The notes below the pieces were generated by a model. It searched no databases, was not told where the DNA came from, and was given only the letters and a program-made list of their open reading frames with translations. A program made the translations under genes and the position numbers. Shown in pieces: positions 51,181-64,000 of a stretch of DNA of 64,000 nucleotides; within the stretch, counting starts at the first letter, position 1; every line of letters begins with the position of its first letter. The DNA is from Heptranchias perlo. Taxonomy: Eukaryota. The stretch lies in NCBI RefSeq assembly GCF_035084215.1, contig NC_090336.1, positions 21,638,001-21,702,000 of the forward strand, written 5' to 3'.

Positions 51181-52782
51181 CTTCCCAGTGTTTCTACACA
51201 GGGATCATTCTGGTTGCTCTTCTTTCCATCCATTCCAACGCTTGCATGTTTCTTTTGGAATATGGTGACCCAGTGCATTATAAATGCTTCAGCATAACTT
51301 GCATATACTTGTACTCCATGGTCCTAGTTATATATCCTAACTTTCTATTGTTTTTTTTCTAACTGCTTCTCCATATTGTCTTATCTCACCGTTCACTGTT
51401 ATTTACTCCCAGGTCTCTTTTGAAGTCTCCTTCTGCTAATTCTGTTTCCTTTTACAAATCATTAATTGTGCTCCACTGTTCTCTACTTAACAAGTTCACA
51501 ATTGGTTTCTGCATCCAGGTCATTTATGGACGTAGTCAGTCTCCTCGCCTTCCCCTACTTAGCCCCTAATCCACTAAACAATGGAGCCCACATAGTTCAA
51601 CCAATGTCTTGCACCCCATATGTGTTTCTTGCTTTTGAGAAGTTACCATAGGACTAGTGCTTCTCTCCAGCCCCTTGAGCTAAAGGTCAACATTCCATTA
51701 GCCTTTCTGATTGCTTTTGATCCTTGCCCGCCAGGATGATCCTGAAGTAGTAGCTGGCTTTGGCCAACGCACAGTAATGCTTGATGTGATCAAGCCAGAT
51801 CGGGTGATAAATGACTGGACAAGTAGAGCAGATTACAGCATGATCCAAGTTTAATTTTCAGCAATAGGCAGCAATAAATGTCTATGGATATACACAAATC
51901 TTTAAAGTTTGCATTTGAGCACCTCATCCCAATGACTGATAAATCCTAGACCGCACCCAATACCGCAGGGTGGAATGGATTATGATATTCCCATTGACCC
52001 AACCCTCAGGTGAGGATGCCAATCCAGATTAATAGCATCAGATATATAGGATAGAGGTAATTTGATCATTCCTCCCCTTGTATTGCGCCCAGAGAACTAA
52101 CTTTTGACCCATCCCCCCACATGACCTAAATCCCTGGCAGCATTACATCAAAAACATCAAAGCTCACAATGCACCCAGCCTTAGCTTATACTGCAAGGGT
52201 CAGAATAAAATATCAAAATGTCAAAAGCTTTCAGGATTTGAATGATTGCAAGATAGCTCATCCTTTAATCCGTGTGCACAGAAAGGAGTTTACAATCTCA
52301 AGAATTCACAGAACAATTCACAATGCAGACAATCCTCTATCAAGGTAGTTCCTCTCAAGCTGCAAGTACCCCATCCTATAATCTTCCTCCCTACATCTTT
52401 TATTATTTTGAAAGCAAGATTCCTCACATCACCTCCTCCTCCTCCTCCTCCTCTTTCCTAGGACCTCAAAACTTTGGAACTCCTTATCTCCCTCAGTCTT
52501 CCCTTCCTTGTTCAACCTACTGGCTTATAATACCCAAGCTTGGCACTACCAAGCCACTACTTCCTGATTTACCCCTATCCAATTCTTTATAACCATAGCT
52601 GGATCTGGCCGTTGAACCTTCATGTGTTTTCATGTCTGAGAAACCAACAAGGGGACAATTACCACATCACACTACATCCAGGTGGGAAATAGCTTTGAGC
52701 AGTACACCCAGCCAACCCTGCTATCCCCTAACCCCTGTAAACAGTTCGCTCCCAGGCAGATGGCCCTATGTGAGAATCCTCC

Positions 52783-52917
52783 TTCACATCGTTCACCTGA
52801 GGAAGGGGGAAGCCTCCGAAAGCTTGTGAATTTAAAATAAAATTGCTGGACTATAACTTGGTGTTGTAAAATTGTTTACAATTGTCAACCCCAGTCCATC
52901 ACCGGCATCTCCACATC
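52783..52917 (+). mobile_element. Penelope-like 3' terminal fragment including the hammerhead motif
   Basis: near-identical to 2668-2803. Confidence 0.9.
52792..52830 (+). ncRNA. Minimal hammerhead ribozyme motif
   Basis: TTCAC-CTGAGGA-A-GGGGG-AAG-CCTCC-GAAA-GC-TT-GTGAA. Confidence 0.78.
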
Positions 52918-53199
52918 CTAATTAAGAACCTTCCAGAGACTCCAAGTAGATCACCCCGAGGCTGTTCTAGGTCCACAGTTTTCCAATCTGTAATAGTTAC
53001 CAGCCATGAAGCCACCAGCTTTCAGACAGGAAGTTACAGGAAAGCAAGGACTGTTAATGACCCTCAGCAATGCAGGACCACTACAGTCCCCTCAATGATG
53101 CAACTTTGTGAAACTACCACTTCATTGTTCTACTCTTATCAAACCCAACGTAACCAGCACACCAACTACACCCCCTTTCAAGTCTTCACGATCACCCCT

Positions 53200-54120
53200 A
53201 CAATGCTTGGTCCAATTAAAATAGTCCTGTTCCTCCTCTACATGCTGCCTCTGCAACATCTGCAAGCATGGCGGTCAGGTTCCACATACAAGCCAATACC
53301 CAGCCGTACCTCCCTACAACCAGACTGGATTCCCCGACTTTTGCAGTACTGTCCTATATCAATTCGTGAATAAACCAAAAAGTTTTCTCGAGCTCAACAG
53401 TTAACAGGTACAGATCAATTATTTTCAACTTTGCTGGAAACTTTGCATTTTAACCACTCCCCCACACCCTTTACTGGCATCCCTCTTCCCAACTACCTAC
53501 TAAGGCTGGATCCAAACAGTATTTTGCTCCAAGCTGGACTTCAAAGCTTAGAATCAGTCCATTGCCAAGATTGGCTAATTCCGCCTCCATGACATTACCC
53601 GTCTCTATCCTTACTTTAACTCCACACCTCTCATTTATGTCTAAGTCATCTCTAGGCACCATTTCTCTAATGCTCCACTGACAAATTCTAACATCAGAAT
53701 TCTGACAATTGCATCTTACCTAGCACTTAAATACCACTTACCAATCATCATCCTGACTCCCAACATATGGATTTCACAATCTTCGCCCTCATCTATAAGT
53801 TCCTCTATGGCCTTACCTCACGTACCTAAGAAACCTCCTCCCAGCAACCTTAATCTAAACGCGCACCTCTCCTTTTCCAACTCTGACCTTCTGTGCACTT
53901 CTTCCCCTCCCCACCCCCAAACTGTTGGTGGCAGAGCTTTCGTCCTTTTGGAACTCTCTTCCTAAAGACCTTGCTACATCTATCCCCACTTTCAAAAGGC
54001 TCCTCAAAACTTACCGTCACCTCATAACACTCCTCCCAAATGCTAGTCTTGCTTTGTAAAGCACCTTGGGACTGTTCGCAACATTAAAAAAGGCACTACA
54101 TAGGGGCAAGCTTTGGTTGT
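53200..54120 (+). mobile_element. Highly decayed L2-type fragment
   Basis: residual LFLLYMLPL motif and L2-like 3' end. Confidence 0.55.
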
Positions 54121-56904
54121 TGAGAGAAATCAAACTGGTGGCAACCAAGAGTGATTTCTACAAGATCATGCAACAGCAAACAGTGCCACGGTATTCACTG
54201 CCCATTTGAATTGAAACTGCTGCAGGTAACCCCATACAATAGAAAAACCCCAAGCAATGCTGAATAATAACATTCACAACAAGCCTCTCCTTTATCTCCT
54301 TCAACCTAAGTGAAATATTAATGGGATAGACAGCAGAGAAAGATACCGACAGTTCTAATTGCAGATACCGATCATGTAATGTGCAGCTCCAGGCCACTCA
54401 TACTTGCATGTTCCAACTTCTAATACCTCAAACATTGTAGTCTAAATAGAGTCAGCCATTGGGGGCTGGTGGGATGGGGCAGAGAGGGGAAGAAACAGGA
54501 GGGAAACGTGGAAAAGCATTCAGCTGTTTCAGAGACTATTCAAACAGATCTATTTCGAGGAGGGAGGTGGTTACGAAACCTACAAGTAATTGGTAACCTT
54601 TCACTACTGCCAATTGGCACCAGCCCAGTGAGAAATGAGGAAGAAAATTTCACAAGACAGACAGTTAAGCAAGGCAAAGAAACATAAGCGATTATTGCAC
54701 ATTGGTCACATCAAGGTTACACTTCAATGTGTTCCTTAAAATAAAGTGGTTGACAGACAAATTATCTGAGATGTCACCCACAGTCTTCTGGTATAAAAAG
54801 CAAACTGAATTTGCCAAGGAATGTTATCTGTATTAGGGATTGACCTTTCCACCACTCCCAATAATTCCAAGGCATGGTGGAGCAGGCAAAGATTACATTT
54901 AACATGAGCCAGGGCTTCTAGTGTACCATGTGTCCTGTGCTCGTCTGAGACTGGTTTTGAGTAGAGGAAGATTTGAAACTCAGCACAGTGACAGAGTTAT
55001 GTAAAATTATCAGTTACAGTTCAAGCAGTCACTGAAATCTTGCTGATGCCAAACTGCACACTGAAAGAGGAAGACATGAAGAAAACTTGCTCATCAGGAT
55101 GCTGCTGAATCATCAGCCCCTGCACTGAACCTCATGGTGGTTTTGCCATTTATAATTTTCCATTGGCAATTTCCATGCAATAATGCCACCACTTTTATCA
55201 TACAAAAGATGAATTGCACACCACCAATAGTATCCAGGACTTTAAAAAAAAGCCCCAATAGCAACTGAAGACAGCACAAAATGCATTCCAGTTCAACATC
55301 TTCACTAAGTTAACAAGTGTGAGACAAGACAATTACATTTGAATAGTATGGCAAAGATAAAAATGGGACAGGATGGTGTTGGAGAAGACCGAGGGGATGC
55401 TTGGTCATATTTTGAACTCTGATGATTCCTTTGCTGCTGTTGGACAGCTTAGGAATGAATGGTTTCATACAATGACACAAAAAGAAACAGAGAAAGATAA
55501 AGATCAGTTTTAAAATGAGACTTTTAGATTCCTAGTTACTTTATACATTTATAGCATTTTTAATAACTATTAAAATGGAATTGGATAAGTATTTGAGGAG
55601 GAGGAGTATATAAAAAGGGATATAGAGCAAGAGCAAGGAAATGAGATTACAGTAGATGGCTCCAATAGGCCAACTGGTCCCCTTCTGTGTTTATAGGACT
55701 TTCTAGTTAGGTGGTGGCCTGGCCTTCCACAGGGCATTTGTGGCCAATGATTCTGTATTGGAACTGACTTTCCTCCATGCGAAACTACACAGTAATTTTT
55801 GTCCTACCCAATTATGACAAGTATGTACCAAAGCTTTGCATGTGAAGTGACTATGTAACGAGCTCCCAACTTAAGTCCAAAACTGGACCAGGTGGCAAAG
55901 GGGAAGCATGGTTTAAGTCCTAAGATTTGATTGGCTCAAAAGATATGTTTTTACATTATTCTAATACAGAACAAAGACAGAACAGTAATGTGGACAGAAT
56001 TGGTTTAAACTGTGTTTTCGCAAATCCTGTCTTTTTCCTTCAATGAAGCGGATCACATTGGAGAGGATGAGTTTCAGGGCCGAAAATATTGTACTGTACA
56101 GACAGACATATATAAATTATTAAAATAAATAAGCTAGTTGGGTAATAGAGCTTTAATGGGTTGTTAGGATTAAAACACAGGCTTCTGATCACAGCGGGGG
56201 AGGGGCGGGAGGGAAGTGTAAGAAAGGAGATTGCTGCAATATAAAAGGCTTCTATAGAGCAGACATCAAAGGTTTTGTACAACAAAGCTACAGCTCAGGA
56301 AAAGCAACGATAAGAAGTAACAGTATGGTATGAAAAGACACGAGGCCTCTCATCCCTGTCCAGCTATCTGTTCTGAGGACTGGGGGTCATAAAACACCAG
56401 ATAGTGTTGCATCCAGCAGGAAATAGAAAATGGCATAAAAAGAGCCACAACATTTGACTCGGTAGGAGCTTTTGCTTTGCCGACAAGACCACATGCATGA
56501 ATAGGCTCGGATAAGCCATTCTCGCGATTTACGCCGAGACATTCCCTGCAGAGATAGTTTCAGACATGGGGCTAAATGTGTGCTATGCTGAATAAAATAT
56601 TAAATGATGAATGTTTTGAAGAAAGAATAAATGAAGTTAATTCTCAGACATATTACTATCTCTAGCTTTACAAATCTGTTAAAAGGATAAGGAAGGAATT
56701 ATCCAACAACAGCCATTCAGCCTATCCATCCAGAAAGAGGTCATAACAGCAGCTAAGTTATGTGATTCCAACATTTTGCTTCAAGTATCCAACCCAGGAG
56801 CCTATTCTATATATTGATCAGTCCATGTGGAGAAAAACTTCCCATCAGTCCTGAATTTGCATTTCAGTAATTTGAATCCACTCTTCTCTGCTTTGTCATT
56901 TTGA

Positions 56905-57135
56905 CAATTGTAAACAATTTTACAACACCAAGTTATAGTCCAACGATTTTTATTTGAAATCTACAAGCTTTCGGAACCTGTGTTTTAATCCTAACAACCC
57001 ATTAAAGCTCTATTACCCAACTAGCTTATTTATTTTAATAATTTATATATGTCTGTCTGTACAGTACAACTTGGTGTTGTAAAATTGTTTACAATTGTCA
57101 ACCCCAGTCCATCACCGGCATCTCCACATCATGGC
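56905..57135. mobile_element. Mini Penelope-like insertion: inverted termini enclosing 93 bp of captured local sequence; TSD of about 12 bp
   Basis: - terminus 56905-56975, + terminus 57068-~57132; TSD TTGTCATTTTGA at 56893-56904 and 57136-57147. Confidence 0.9.
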
Positions 57136-58519
57136 TTGTCATTTTGAAGCAGTGTTCCAGATTTACTATTCTTATGCTAATTACTACCTTGACTATCTCC
57201 TCCTTCCAAAAGCTGAAAAACCCAATTGTCTGCAGAATTTCCTCAAATCAATTCTCTTAACATGACAGATTGGTCTCATGACTCTATCTTGAATTCCTCA
57301 TCAAAATAATAGTTGTAACCTTTCACACAGAACTTTGGCAAAGGCTTTTTGAAAGTCTACCTATACAGTCGATTCAGGGTAAGGCTTGTCAGGCAACATC
57401 TGTCCCTTCTGGGCTACAACATAATGCAAGTTACTTTCAAGTTTACTTCCAATAATCAGTTATATTATTTCATCCCATATTCATGTCCAGATCTTTTTTT
57501 TGCAAATGGACACCATATTCACTCATTTTAACCTAGTAAGATCTCTCCAGCATTCATCACCTCCCTCAGAAAATGGTCAACACTGCACAAAACCCTTTCC
57601 TTGTCTCACTTTGTATCCTAGGATTAATATCTAATGCTGTCACATTGAGTTTTGGAAAAAAAACTTCTGAACGTCTGAATTTCCCGTCAACATCTGGACT
57701 GTGATTCAGGTGTCCAACCCATGTGCGAGAACCAACTCAGTCGCATGGCCCGCGGGCATCTTTGAACAAGCACGTGTGCCATCCTACGACATTATGGCAG
57801 CTGTAGTCTCCCGGAGTAACGAGGGGCAGTGACAAGACTACTGCTACACCTAGAGGGCATCGCACGCAGTCTGGCGATGTTGCTGTGTCTCGGATGAAAC
57901 GACTCGTCCAGAGACTGGATTAGAAGCGAGAGCGATTCCCGAGCATCGCCTTCCTGGAGCTTCACTCAAAGTCAGCACCAAGGTCGCGGCGGGAGCTCAG
58001 GTTAATTCATTTATAAATCCTCACATCTAACGGGACTCCCACTAATCAGCTATTTAAATAGCGGATGCCGCATTAAAATTGATTACTGTAAATGGAAAGA
58101 ACAACCAAAAGCCCTGCGCCATCACACCAGGAACTGGGCATTACACGACAATTATACCAATAAGCTACATAAAAACTGCACCATAAACATAATTGTATTA
58201 TATTGTACGGCTGGCAAAAGAACATTTTTTTAAAAGTAGTACAATATAATACAATTTACCTGCAAAATTTGTTTTCCTACACAAATACATTTGATATCTA
58301 TATTCAATCTTAGATAAAAACAGTGTGATACAATACATATAAACGAGGTTATGCTATATTTGACGTATTATTTTATACAAATAAAGCATCTTATCTTGAC
58401 TAGGAATGCAACATCTAATATCTCGCACGTATAGCGGCGAGGTACATGCAGCGACGCCGCTTTATTCGGGCAGCACGATCGATCGCTGTGTTTGTCGCTA
58501 CAATGTATCGACCCGTTAC

Positions 58520-58550
58520 CTGCTTCTTCTGGCGAGACTCTGCAGTGACC
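58520..58550 (-). other. LDHA: Probable non-coding exon 1 of LDHA (5' boundary approximate)
   Basis: donor GCAG|GTAACG at 58520/58519 in a CpG-rich region, about 55 nt downstream of a TATA-like TTAAATA; vertebrate LDHA has an untranslated first exon. Confidence 0.6.
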
Positions 58551-58569
58551 CGCTCCCCTCAATGACGGC

Positions 58570-58715
58570 CCTTATTTAAGCGGCACGTCATAATGCGTCA
58601 CGCTCTCATCTGCATATCACGTAACCAAGCCGCGCACAGGCGAGCGGCCGTCGTGATTACGTCGGAATGTGAGTGGCGGGGGGGCAGCTGGTCGTGCCCG
58701 GAGTCACGTAGAGAG
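58570..58715 (-). promoter_or_regulatory. LDHA proximal promoter: TATA-like box, HIF (RCGTG) cores, CRE-like sites, GC box
   Basis: TTAAATA 58573-58579; TGACGTG 58584-58590; TGACG 58596-58600; ACGTG 58618-58622 and 58705-58709; GGCGGG 58675-58680; CpG-dense over about 57700-59150. Confidence 0.7.
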
Positions 58716-59175
58716 CGGAATCGGAAAGGGGATTTTAGTTATCGTGAGGAAGTGGTTAGGGTGAGACATATTAATAAATATACTGGGGGGGGGGGGGGGA
58801 AATTGAATAGATCAAGTTGCATTTGGTGCTATATGTTATTTGCATAGTCATGATGAGTCTCCATAAAGATATGCAATAGAGATATTACTGATTGTGAGGA
58901 TCAGCCTTTGGCGGGTATTTCCAATTTTAGTAAACGCACGTCCAACCCGTCGGCATAAATGGCTGTCCTGTCCGTGTGCTGTCATCTGCATGATCCTCCA
59001 ACAGATATACGTCACCCTCGTGTAACTTCATAAGTAGCAGGCAGAGAGGATCCCAATACAAGTGCAAGGAAGTTGGTGCTTTGTGCAGTGTGTCTTATCG
59101 ACATGTTCTGTTATCCGGATACGGTGGGGATCCGCTTTGAAATGGATCACAGATATCGACACAGTCTGATCTCAA

Positions 59176-59280
59176 TTGTAAACAATTTTACAACACCAAG
59201 TTATAGTCCAACAAATTTATTTTAAATTCCACAAGCTTTCGGAGGCTTCCTCCTTCCTCAGGTGAATGGTGTGGAAATGA
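59176..59280 (-). mobile_element. Penelope-like terminal fragment (tail-less arm) with TSD and filler DNA
   Basis: matches 1020-1120; AGTCTGATCTCAA at 59163-59175 and 59290-59302, with an extra TCTGATCTCA at the junction. Confidence 0.85.
59228..59266 (-). ncRNA. Minimal hammerhead ribozyme motif
   Basis: TTCAC-CTGAGGA-A-GGAGG-AAG-CCTCC-GAAA-GC-TT-GTGGA on -. Confidence 0.75.
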
Positions 59281-59804
59281 TCTGATCTCAGTCTGATCTC
59301 AAACATTTGTTTACTTTGTCCCAGTGAATATGCATCTCTTACTCCCACCCCCCTCCCTCAACCGATTGGTTTAGTTGGCCTTTTGTTCGGCATTGTGTAC
59401 TCGTGTCCCAGGTGTGGCTGAACATTCTGTGAAATTGCCCCTGTGTAGAATTTCATTTCCTTCTCCGAACCAGGAGGAGCGAATAGGAGGGTAATTAAAG
59501 ACTAGGTCATAGAGACGGATTTTTTAGGAGTGCTTTAAAGGTGCAGGGAGAGATATAGAGGGAGAGAAATTCAGGGAAAGGTCTCAGAATATTCTGGTTT
59601 TATATCTTAGCTGATTTATTCAGAAATGAATTTTGCTTTTATCAACCTATTTAAAAATCTCAATCAAAGAGATTGAAAAAGCTTCTCGCTGGATGTGTGG
59701 AACAGACTCGAAAAGCATGTAGTAGCATCAAGGGAGCTGGATTGAAAAATTTTGAGACGAGGAATTGAAAATTATAGAGATTAATAGCAGTAGGGAGTAG
59801 GGGA

Positions 59805-60639
59805 ACTTGGTTCCCCACTTCCTTCTGTGCTCGCTCCTGGAAAAAACTCCCTTACAATGCCACTTTCATATTCCCAACTGTCTAGCCTTTGGCCCTCCAT
59901 TCACCACATTTCTGCTCAATCATATCCTCACCTCCACCTTTGATGCCCTTGTTCCGACTAAAACCATTAATCTCTCTCACCCTGGTCGTTCTCCCTGGTA
60001 CGGCCCGCATTTCCACTCCCTTAAGTCCAAGGGACACAGACTTGAACGTTTATGACGGACAACTGGTTTAGCCATTCATCGCCAGATCTGGCTGGACCAC
60101 ATAAAGCACTTTCAGGTTCTGCTCTCCTCTGCCAAAAGTGCTCACTATTCCAGGCTTCTCTTCACCACGAACCGTCGTCTTAAACCTCTCTCCCCTCACC
60201 ACCACCAAGTGCGAGGAGCTAAAGGACTTCTTTGTCACTAAGATTGAGGCCATCTGTTCAGCTGCCTCTGCCACTTCCCTTCCTTCCCTTAGCCACCAAG
60301 CTAAATTTCGCCTACAGTTCCCCCCTCCCTAGCCCTGAACTTGCATCTTTCTCTAGTTTCTCTCCCCTCAAGCCCCTCTCCCAAAGCTCATCTTGTCCAC
60401 AAGACCCACCTCCTGCACCCTCGCCTAGTTCCGTTCCTATCTATCCAGTTGTAGCCAGAGAATTATCTGCAATGGCTTCTCTTCGTGCTCCCACACCGTT
60501 ACCTCAGGAGTCCCCCAAGGATCTATGCTTGGCCCTCTCCTATTTCTCATATACATGCTGCCCCTTGGAGACATCATCCGAAAACACAACATCAGTTTCC
60601 ACATATACACTGATGACACTCAGCTCCACCTCACCTCCA
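59805..60639 (+). mobile_element. L2-type LINE (continues at 63170-64000)
   Basis: complement-similar to 27200-28600; GVPQGS...YTDDTQL motif cut by the nested LINE. Confidence 0.8.
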
Positions 60640-63168
60640 TGTTGAGCATCACTTGGAGGAAGCACTGAGGGTAACAAGGGCACAGAATGTACTCTGGGTG
60701 GGGGACTTCAATGTCCATCACCAAGAGTGGCTCGGTAGCACCACTACTGACCGAGCTGGAAGAGTCCTGAAGGACATGGCTGCCAGACTGGGCCTGTGGC
60801 AGATGGTGAGCGAACCAACACGAGGGAAAAACTTACTTGATCTCGTCCTCACCAATCTACCCGTCGCAAATGCATCTGTCCATGACAGTATTGGTCGGAG
60901 TGACCACCGCACAGTCCTCGTGGAGACGAAGTCCCGTCTTCACACTGAGGACACCATCCAACGTGTTGTGTGGCACTACCACCGTGCTAAATGGTATAGA
61001 TTCAGAATAGATCAAGCAGCTCAAGACTGGGCATCCATGAGGCACTGTGGGCCATCAGCAGCAGTAGAATTGTATTCCAGCACAATCTGTAACCTCATGG
61101 CCCGGCATATTCCTCACTCTACCATTACCAACAAGCCAGGGGATCAACCCTGGTTCAATGAGGAGTGTAGAAGAGCATGCCAGGAGCAGCACCAGGCGTA
61201 CCTAAAAATGAGGTGAAAACCTGGTGAAGCTACAACTCAGGACTACGTGCATGCTAAACAGCGGAAACAACATGCTATAGACAGAGCTAAGCAATTCCAC
61301 AATCAACGGATCAGATCAAAGCTCTGCAGTCCTGCCACATCCAGTCGTGAATGGTGGTGGACAATTAAACAACTAACGGGAGGAGGAGGCTCTGTAAACA
61401 TCCCCATTCTCAACGATGGCGGAGTCCAGCACATGAGTGCAAAAGACAAGGCTGAAGCGTTTGCAACCATCTTCTGCCAGAGGTGCCGAGTGGATGATCC
61501 ATCTCGGCCTCCTCCCGATATCTCCACCATCACAGAAGCCAGTCTTCAGCCAATTCGATTCACTCCACGTGATATCAAGAAACGGCTGAGTGCACTGGAT
61601 ACAGCAAAGGCTATGGGCCCCGACAACATCCCAGCTGTAGTACTGAAGACTTGTGCTCCAGAACTAGCCAAGCTGTTCCAGTACAGATACAACACTGGCA
61701 TTTACCCGACAATGTGGAAAATTGCCCAGGTATGTCCTGTCCACAAAAAGCAGGACAAATCCAATCCGGCCAATTACCGCCCCATCAGTCTACTCTCAAT
61801 CATCAGCAAAGTGATGGAAGGTGTCGTCGACAGTGCTATCAAGCGGCACTTACTCACCAATAACCTGCTCACCGATGCTCATTTCGGGTTCCGCCACGAC
61901 CACTCGGCTCCAGACCTCATTACAGCCTTGGTCCAAAGATGGACAAAAGAGCTGAATTCCAGAGGTGAGGTGAGAGTGACTGCCCTTGACATCAAGGCAG
62001 CATTTGACTGAGTGTGGCACCAAGGAGCCCTAGTAAAATTGAAGTCAATGGGAATCAGGGGGAAAACTCTCCAGTGGCTGGAATCATACCTAGCGCAAAG
62101 GAAGATGGAGGCCAATCATCTCAGCCCCAGGACATCGTTGCAGGAGTTCCTCAGGGCAGTGTCCTAGGCCCAATCATCTTCAGCTGCTTCATCAATGACC
62201 TTCCCTCCATCATAAGGTCAGAAATGGGGATGTTCGCTGATGATTGCACAGTTCCATTCGCAACCCCTCAGATAATGAAGCAGTCTGAGCCCGGATGCAG
62301 CAAGACCTGGACAACATCCAGGCTTGGGCTGATAAGTGGCAAGTAACATTCGCGCCAGACAAGTACCAGGCAATGACCATCCCCACCAAACTTGGTGTTG
62401 TAAAATTGTTTACAATTGTCAATCCCCAACAGGAGAGAGTCTAACCACCTCCCATTGACATTCAATGGCATTATCATCGCCGAATCCCCCACCATCAACA
62501 TCCTGGGGGGTCACCATTGACCAGAAACTTAACTGGACCAGCCATATAAATACTGTGGCTACAAGAGCAGGTCAGAGGCTGGGTATTCTGCGGCGAGTGA
62601 CTCACCTCCTGACTCCCCAAAGCCTTTCCACCATCTACAAGGCACAAGTCAGGAGTGTGATCGAATACTCTCCACTTGCCTGGATGAGTGCAGCTCCAAC
62701 AAGACTCAAGAAGCTCGACACCATCCAGGACAAAGCAGCCCGCTTGATTGGCACTCCATCCACCACCCTAAACATTCACTCCCTTCACCACCGGCGCACA
62801 GTGGCTGCAGTGTGCACCATCCACAGGATGCACTGCAGCAACTCGCCAAGGCTTCTTCGACAGCACCTCCCCAACCCGCGACCTCTGCCACCTAGAAGGA
62901 CAAGGGCAGCAGGCACATGGGAACAACACCACCTGCACGTTCCCCTCCAAGTCACACACCATCCCGACTTGGAAATATATCGCCGTTCCTTCATCGTCGC
63001 TGGGTCAAAATCCTGGAACTCCCTTCCTAACAGCACTGTGAGAGAACCGTCACCATACGGACTGCAGCGGTTCAAGGCGGCGGCTCACCACCACCTTCTC
63101 AAGGGGAATTAGGGATGGGCAATAAATGCCGGCCTCGCCAGCGACACCCACATCCCATGAACGAATAA
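60640..63168 (+). mobile_element. Non-LTR retrotransposon of the CR1/L2 group (APE endonuclease + RT), disrupted, nested in L2
   Basis: WVGDFNVHH, LLDLVLTN, SDH (APE); [30 protein letters not shown] (RT); stops at 61214 and 62009 plus frameshifts. Confidence 0.9.
62389..62422 (+). mobile_element. 34-bp Penelope-like terminal fragment inserted in a LINE
   Basis: AACTTGGTGTTGTAAAATTGTTTACAATTGTCAA flanked by ATCCCCACCA / ATCCCCAACA. Confidence 0.8.
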
Positions 63169-63169
63169 A

Positions 63170-64000
63170 TCTCTCTCGACCCCTGTCCTACATCCAGTAC
63201 TGGATGAGCAGAAATTTCCTCCAACAATATGTTGGGAAGACCGAAGCCATTGTCTTCGGTCCCCACCACAAACTCCGTTCCATGGCCTCCGAATCCATCC
63301 CTCTCCCTGCCCACTGTCTGAGGCTGAACCAGACTGTTCGCAACCTTGGTGTCCTACTTGACCCTGAGATGAGTTTCCGATCCCATATCTGCTCCATCAC
63401 CAAGACTGCCTAATTCCATCTTCATAACATCGCCCGTCTCCGCCCCTGCCTCAGCTCATCTGCTGCTGAAGCCCTCATCCATGCCTTTGTCACCTCTAGA
63501 CTTAACTATTCCAATGGTCTCCTGACCGGCCTCCCATCTTCTACCCTCCATAAACTTGAGCTCATCCAAAACTCTGCTGCCTGTATCCTAACTCTCACCA
63601 AGACCCGTTCACCCATCACCCCTGTGCTTGCTGGCCTACATTGGCTTCCCGGTCCAGCAACGTCTCAGTTTTAGAATTCTCATCCTTTTTTTCAAATCCC
63701 TCCATGGCGTCGCCCCTCCATATCTCTGTAACCTCCTCCATCCCTATGTCCATCCTAGATCTCTACGCTCCTCCAATTCTTGCCTCATGTGCATCCCTAA
63801 TTTTAATCACTCCACTATTGACGGCCGTGCCTTCAGCTGCCCAGGCCCTAGCCTCTGGAATTCCCTCCCTAAACCTCTCCGCCTCTCTCCTTTAAAGTGC
63901 TTCTTAAAACCTACCTCTTTGTCCAAGCTTTTGGTCACCAGGCCTAGTATCTTATGGGGCTCGGTGTCAAATTTTATTTGATAACGGTTCTGTAAAGCGC
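63170..64000 (+). mobile_element. L2-type LINE 3' part
   Basis: QYWMSRNFLQ...KTEAIVFG, VRNLGVLLD, LWNSLP. Confidence 0.82.

Noticed and set aside
60653-63112. Active LINE ORF2
   Set aside because: 5'-truncated, with internal stops, frameshifts and a PLE fragment inserted.

Overview
Eukaryotic (vertebrate, very probably cartilaginous fish/shark) genomic DNA with two convergent intron-containing genes. On + are coding exons 3-10 of TSG101 (5186-31201; exons 1-2 lie upstream of the window). On - is a complete LDHA gene: 7 coding exons at 49653-38974 giving 333 aa, plus a probable non-coding exon 1 and a CpG-rich HRE/CRE promoter at about 58.5 kb. Introns and intergenic DNA are packed with decayed, often nested CR1- and L2-type LINEs, a SINE-like family and two minisatellites. 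The most distinctive content is a young family of Penelope-like elements (GIY-YIG endonuclease, minimal hammerhead ribozyme in the 3' repeat) at 7 loci. These include two long foldback insertions with 12-bp TSDs, and a 230-bp mini-element whose core is an exact 93-bp inverted copy of LDHA intron sequence lying about 800 bp away. TSG101 also carries a partial duplicate of exon 7 with an intact acceptor and a SINE-derived stop. Exon coordinates were read from splice sites. Repeat boundaries are approximate and family names come from motif recognition, not database searches.
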